64,000 nucleotides of DNA from positions 1-64,000 of the forward strand of contig CAUYUJ010000063.1 in the NCBI GenBank assembly GCA_963575745.1. The letters run 5' to 3'. Origin of the DNA: Prorocentrum cordatum (taxonomy: Eukaryota). Positions 58,951-64,000 of this stretch are shown here, in pieces. Each line of letters starts with the position of its first letter. Positions within the stretch are counted from its first letter, which is position 1. The translations under genes were made by a program, and so were the position numbers. A model generated the notes under the pieces. That model made no database searches. It saw only the letters and a list, made by a program, of their open reading frames with translations, and was not told the DNA's origin.

Positions 58951-60339
58951 TATTCCTCTTCCTCCTCCTCCTTCCTCTTCCTCCTCCTCCTCCATTTGCT
59001 GCTCCCCCTCGAGCCAGCAGCATCATATGGAGCTCATTGGAGCTCGGCACACTGCTCACGCCTCGGTCCGACCGACGGGGTGCCCCCTCGGCCCTCTGCG
59101 CCCACCGGGCGCCCTCGGCTCAGCGCCTCGGAGGCCCCTCGGGGCGTTCGAGGTGGCCCGTGGAGGGGACGGCATCTTCGCTGCGCTAGTGACTGCACGG
59201 GAGCGGCGGACGGGCACAGCCTTTTTGCGCCTGCTGTGCTGATGTGTGTGGACGCCTCCCGCGCCCCCAGCTTCACGTTGGCGGGCTGCGCCGCGATGTG
59301 TCGATCTGTTGACTGGCCGAAGTCCTGCGCCCCGCTGGCGACGCCAGCCAACATTGAATCGGGGGCATGGGGGCGCGTTGGAGTCTGCGTCGGCACCCGG
59401 GTCCCGCGGGTGGTGCAGGATGTTGTCCATCGGCCGAACTTCTGGCAGCGGGGGAGGGGGCGTCGGGGTGGAAGCAGGGGTCGAGGTCCGGTCCATCTGC
59501 TTCGGTATCGATTTCGACCAGCCCGGTCAGATTCGATTCCGATATTCCGAAGATCCGATTCGGGCCGATGTTCGCGTGGCGTTGTTGCGCAGCCGATCCG
59601 ATCCGATCCCAATTCCGTGTCGATGCAGCCCTATCTGGCGCACATCGCGATACGATCCGATTTCCAGTTTCGATGCTGACTGATCCTGCTCCTTCCCCCC
59701 ACGCCCCCGTCCCTCCCCGTTCCCCCTTTCTGCTCCCCCTCCCCCGTTTCCTCTCCCCCTCACCCTCCTCACCCTCCGCTCCTCTCAGGGCTCGTCTCGG
59801 TTCCTCCGATCCAGTTCGACTCGATTCCGATGGCTTCGGATTCCGACTCGATTCGATTTCGGATTCCGACTCGGATCCCGAGGTCTCAATGCTTCCCGAT
59901 TCTTGCCGATTCGACTTCTCCGACTCGGCTGCCGAGTTCCGCCAGTCCGAGGCACTTCGATCGTATCGATCTGGCCTAGCGATGCGAGTCTGGGCGCTCT
60001 ACCCTGCCCCCTCGCGTGCCCCTGGGTGGAACCGAGCAGAGCAGCCTGGCGGGTGCTCCTCCTCCTCCTCCTCCTCCTCCTCCTCCTCCTCCTCCTCCTC
60101 CTCCCCCTCCTCCTCCTCCTCCTCCTGCTCCACCTCCGCCTCCGCCCTCTCCTCCTCCTCCTCCTCCCCTCCTCCTCCTCCTCCTCCTCCTCCTCCTGCT
60201 CTCCTCCTCCGCCTCCGCCTCCGCCCTCTCCTCCTCCCTCCTCCTCCTCCCTCTCCTCCTCCTCCTCCTCCTCCTCCTCCTCCTCCCCTCCTCCTCCTCC
60301 CTCCTCCTCCTCCTCCTCCTCCTCCTCCTCCTCCTCCTC

Positions 60340-60369
<30 letters not shown>

Positions 60370-60370
<1 letters not shown>

Positions 60371-60460
60371 TCCCAGTCGTCGATCGCGGAGCGGAGAAAG
60401 TTCTGGTTCGCCCTGATCTCGCGGGCAAACAACGCGAAGACCGGGGGCTCGGTCTCGCTC
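60370..60460 (-). CDS. Candidate orphan exon SETEPPVFALFAREIRANQNFLRSAIDDWE
   Basis: CCGCCAG|G acceptor on the minus strand and mostly G/C-ending codons. Donor obscured by (GAG)n. Confidence 0.45.
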
Positions 60461-60987
60461 CTGGCGGGGCGGGGCGGGGGGCGGCTGCCGGGGACCGGCG
60501 TGCAGTCACTGTCGAGGGCAGGGAGCGAGAGCGGCAGGCGAGGAGGAGCAGGAGGAGGAGGGGGAGGAGGAGGAGGAGGAGGAGGGGGAGGCGGGGGAGG
60601 AGGAGGAGGAGGAGGAGGAGGAGGAGGAGGAGGAGGAGGAGGAGGAGGAGGAGGAGGAGGAGGAGGAGAAGAGGGCGCGGGTGCCTCTGGGCCGCCTGTT
60701 GGCGAGACTGGAGAATGCAAGCCTCAAGACGCGGGATGTGCAGCGCCTCTCCTCGAGGCCCCGTGGGCGTCGTCTGCATCCGCACGAGCATGCGAGGCGA
60801 GGGGGCGAGGGCGAGGCGAGGGCGCGCCAGGGGGCCCAGAGGTGCTGGGGTGCAGGAGGGCGACGGGGGGGAGGGTGAGGCGTCCAGCGGGGCGGCAGCG
60901 GTGGGTTGATCCCCCCGGAGATGGGGTTGAGGCAGGGGCTGATGGTCCTGACAGACAGGATGGATACATGAGTCCGTAGTCCTACTC

Positions 60988-61007
60988 CTCATCATCATCA
61001 CCATCAC

Positions 61008-61063
<56 letters not shown>

Positions 61064-61168
61064 CCATCACCATCACCATCACCATCACCATCATTACCAT
61101 CATTACCATCATCATCATCAGCATCAGCATCACCATCATTGTCATCATCATTGTCATCATCATCATTG

Positions 61169-61201
<33 letters not shown>

Positions 61202-61502
61202 GTATCATCATCACCGTCATCGTCATCAGCATCATCATCGTCGTCATCACCACGATCACCACCGTCATAAGCACCACCTCCATCATCAGCATCATCACCA
61301 TCATCAGCAGCAACATCATCACCACCACCATCAACACCGTCATCGTCATCACCATAATCAGCATCCTCATCATCAGCATCATCATCATCATCATCAATCT
61401 CATCAGCAGCATCATCGTCATCATCATCATTATCAGCAGCATCCTCATAGATATAATCATCACCACCATCATCGTCATCATCACCGTCATCATCCTCATC
61501 AT
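60988..61502 (+). repeat. (CAT)n microsatellite
   Basis: Directly visible. Confidence 0.95.
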
Positions 61503-62032
61503 AGCGCTGTTATGTTGCTTAGATCCTTCTAGCAGCTCGGCTTCCGTTCCACCTGCTCTTGCGGGTGGGACATACCTGACATGCATGATCTCCTACCTTC
61601 GAAGACGAGGAACCGGTGCTGATGGATGTAAGTTGCGATGTAAGCCGTTTTGGGTGCGTAGCGTAAGTCGGAGGACGTGTCGGGCGCACACAGCGCCAGT
61701 ATGAATCGGGCGTGGATGTTGCATGGTTGATTTAGCTGGACAGTTTCCCAAGTTCCATTCCGCATCTCGCGTGTTGCTCTACATGTTCGGTTGCTTTGAC
61801 GCACCTGGACCCGCCAACGTTTCCGATGTGGGTTTCGAAGCATGTTGGTCGCGGTGTTCCTGCTGGAGTTGGGCCCTCGCGTTCTCTACTCTGCGGCGTA
61901 CGATCCGTCCTTCTCTTGCTTCCCTCCGCGCTTCGTTGTTCGTTCCTCCCCCGTTCGCGGGAGAAGCGCCGGGGGGCTCATCGGCCCCTCCCAGATCCCA
62001 GCCCCCTCCCCCCCCCAATGTGATTTCTAGCC

Positions 62033-62190
62033 TTAAGTCGGGCCTGTCCCTCTACAGGAGGAATATTCAAAAATACGAAGGAAATAGTATGGGGACGATT
62101 TTTTGATTATGTTTAGCATGTTTGGAGTATTCTGGGGTATTTTTTATTTGTCGTTCAAAATCGGCCTGTAGGGGGACAGGCCCGGCATAA
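62033..62190 (+). mobile_element. MITE family A, copy 4 (158 bp, 8-bp TSD)
   Basis: 26-bp imperfect TIR TTAAGTCGGGCCTGTCCCTCTACAGG / CCTGTAGGGGGACAGGCCCGGCATAA. Perfect TSD TTCTAGCC at 62025-62032 and 62191-62198. Confidence 0.92.
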
Positions 62191-62278
62191 TTCTAGCCCC
62201 AGGGGGAGGGGGGGGGGAGGTGGGGGCAGCCAGGTATCTCACGCACCTCTACACCCCCGACAAGCGGGTGTCGGCGGA

Positions 62279-63249
62279 TCCGCCGCCCCCTGTTGATTCA
62301 TCACAGGGGTGCCTGGCGTGCTGACTCCTTTCGCTTTTGGTTTTGGCTCTTTTCCCAGAAGAACTCTCCTTGGGGCTTCGGCCCGTCCGGCCGGCCACCC
62401 GAAAGGGACCTCAACGACCGCAACAAATCCTCCAAGACGGCTCCAGATGGCCTCCAAGATGGCCACGTTGGCCCAAGATGGCCTCCAAGATGGCCCAAGA
62501 TGGCCTCCAAGTACGCCACAGATGGTCCAAGTTGGCCTCCAAGACGGCCCAAGAGAGTCCACGATGCCTTCAAGTTCGTCCAAGAAGCCTCCAAGACGGC
62601 CCAAGATGGCTCCAAGATGGCCTAAGACTGGCCAAGATGCCCCCTAAGAGGCCTCCAAGACGTCCTCCAGGAAGCCCCAAAGGGCAAAATTCATTGATGT
62701 TCCTTAGGTGTTTGAAGGATTTGGGCCGGGCATTTTCTTATCAGCTCTTCGACGGCCCAAGACGGCCCAACAGGCCCCCGACATCGTCCCAAGAGCGCCC
62801 AAGAGGCCTCCAAGATGGCCGCATGACAGCCCAAGAGGCCCCCAGGAGGGCTCCAAGAAGGCCTCAAGACGGCCCAAGATGGCCCCGAAGACGCTCAAGA
62901 TGGCCTCCAAAACGGCCAAGATGGCCTCCAAGATGCCTCCAACCAAGACGGCCAAGAAGGCCTCCAAGACAGCGAAGATGGCCCCAAGATGCACCCAAGA
63001 CGATTCCATATGGCCTCAAGATGGCCTTAGATTGCACAAAAGGCCCGCCAGAGGCCTCCAAGACGGCCCAAGACCCCTCCATGACGACCTCCAGGAGGCC
63101 CGAAAGCTCGGAAACCACCTGGTCCAATAGCTCGCCCGACCCGGGGAACGTGTGGCACGAAGCTTGGCCAAGCTCAACCCCAACTTTCGGCCACGCAGGC
63201 GCTTCCAAAAAGGCAGGGGGCGGCGGTGATTCGCCGCAGGCGTCTTCGA
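62279..63249 (+). mobile_element. Non-autonomous rolling-circle-like element R3
   Basis: Starts A|TC. Perfect 13-bp sub-terminal IR CCGCCGCCCCCTG (62280-62292) / CAGGGGGCGGCGG (63214-63226). Partial IR CAGGGGTGCCTGGCG near the 5' copy. Hairpin CGCC-GCA-GGCG at 63232-63242. Ends GA|T. CCAAG-rich body. Confidence 0.78.
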
Positions 63250-63379
63250 TCCTGAGAGCTTTGGGGTCGTTTGCTTCGGCGGCGCGCGGCGGCGGAGCAT
63301 TCGGCCTGCGCGTGGCGTGCGGCGGGGGGGGGGTCCGTCTGGCGCGCTCCTGTCTACTCTGGCGCTGGGCTCGCGTGTG

Positions 63380-64000
63380 AGATGGATGTCCTCTCGGCTC
63401 CTTCGCACGATTCTCGGGTGTGCGGGTGATCTCTGGCTTGGGCTTCGCAGCGTGGTCCTGGAAGTGCCTCTCCCGCTCCCTCGTCTTCTGAAGCCTGATG
63501 GCGGTACTGATCTTGGTAGGAACCTTGGGAGGTGCGTGCTGGTTCACATCGACGAGACTGGTTTGGCATGCCCGTTGCCTTGGGATCCAGACTTGGGCCT
63601 GGCAATTGGAAGTTCGCCTGGGGCAACGCCATGAGAGACTGCCCTCACCGTTTCGTTGATATTCGTAGATTGAAGGCAAGTCTGGCCATGATCATCCGTT
63701 CTACGGGATGTTTGCTGTGTTTGGCTTGCATTTTGCGATGCAATTTCACCCTGCTCCCAGAGTTGTGCTGGCATTCGAACGGAACATGCAGCAGAAGTTG
63801 TTCGTTGGGCTTCGGTTCTCTCTCAACCGCATCATGTGCGCTCGTCTTCGGGACCTAGGGCTCAGCCTGGAATTTCCCGACCTGGCCAGCATCGGTATTG
63901 GGCCCAGGTTCGTCTGGCACGCGAGTCTGTTGCGTTTGGGAAAGTCCGTTCGCTGGTGGGGGGCTTTCAGATGCAGGGTGACTTTCGCCCAGCTCGGATG
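63380..64000 (-). other. Coding-like relic, possibly retroelement-derived
   Basis: Minus-strand frame IYEYQRNGEGSLSWRC..CQ.. is protein-like but contains no diagnostic motif. Runs off the window edge. Confidence 0.2.

Noticed and set aside
61529..61843. 104-aa minus-strand ORF as a real gene
   Set aside because: No recognisable motif, weak codon bias and no splice support.

Overview
Repeat-dominated, GC-rich eukaryotic DNA with two 100-N scaffold gaps (9699-9798, 29439-29538). It is most likely a core dinoflagellate: there is a 20/22 match to the dinoflagellate spliced leader (SL) at 34698-34719, and candidate exons show AG|G acceptors and GC donors. No intact protein-coding gene, RNA gene or CRISPR array is supported, and most of the long ORFs in the supplied track are microsatellite artefacts. 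The window contains: (1) large degenerate (CTA)n, (GAT)n/(CAT)n and (GAG)n tracts; (2) three decayed non-LTR retrotransposons, namely a 5'-complete endonuclease+RT element starting exactly at an SL relic, a 5'-truncated element with a C-terminal RNase H, and a probable minus-strand endonuclease relic; (3) several MITE families, some with readable 8-bp TSDs; (4) non-autonomous rolling-circle-like elements with asymmetric sub-terminal inverted repeats, a terminal C(GNA)G mini-hairpin, a 5'-TC and A|T insertion sites, which carry minisatellite cargo; (5) scattered orphan exon-like segments. The most notable signals are the SL-capped LINE, the GNA-hairpin Helitron/Helentron-like elements, and a MITE inserted at AG^CT whose removal restores an exon reading frame. 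All alignments were done by eye.
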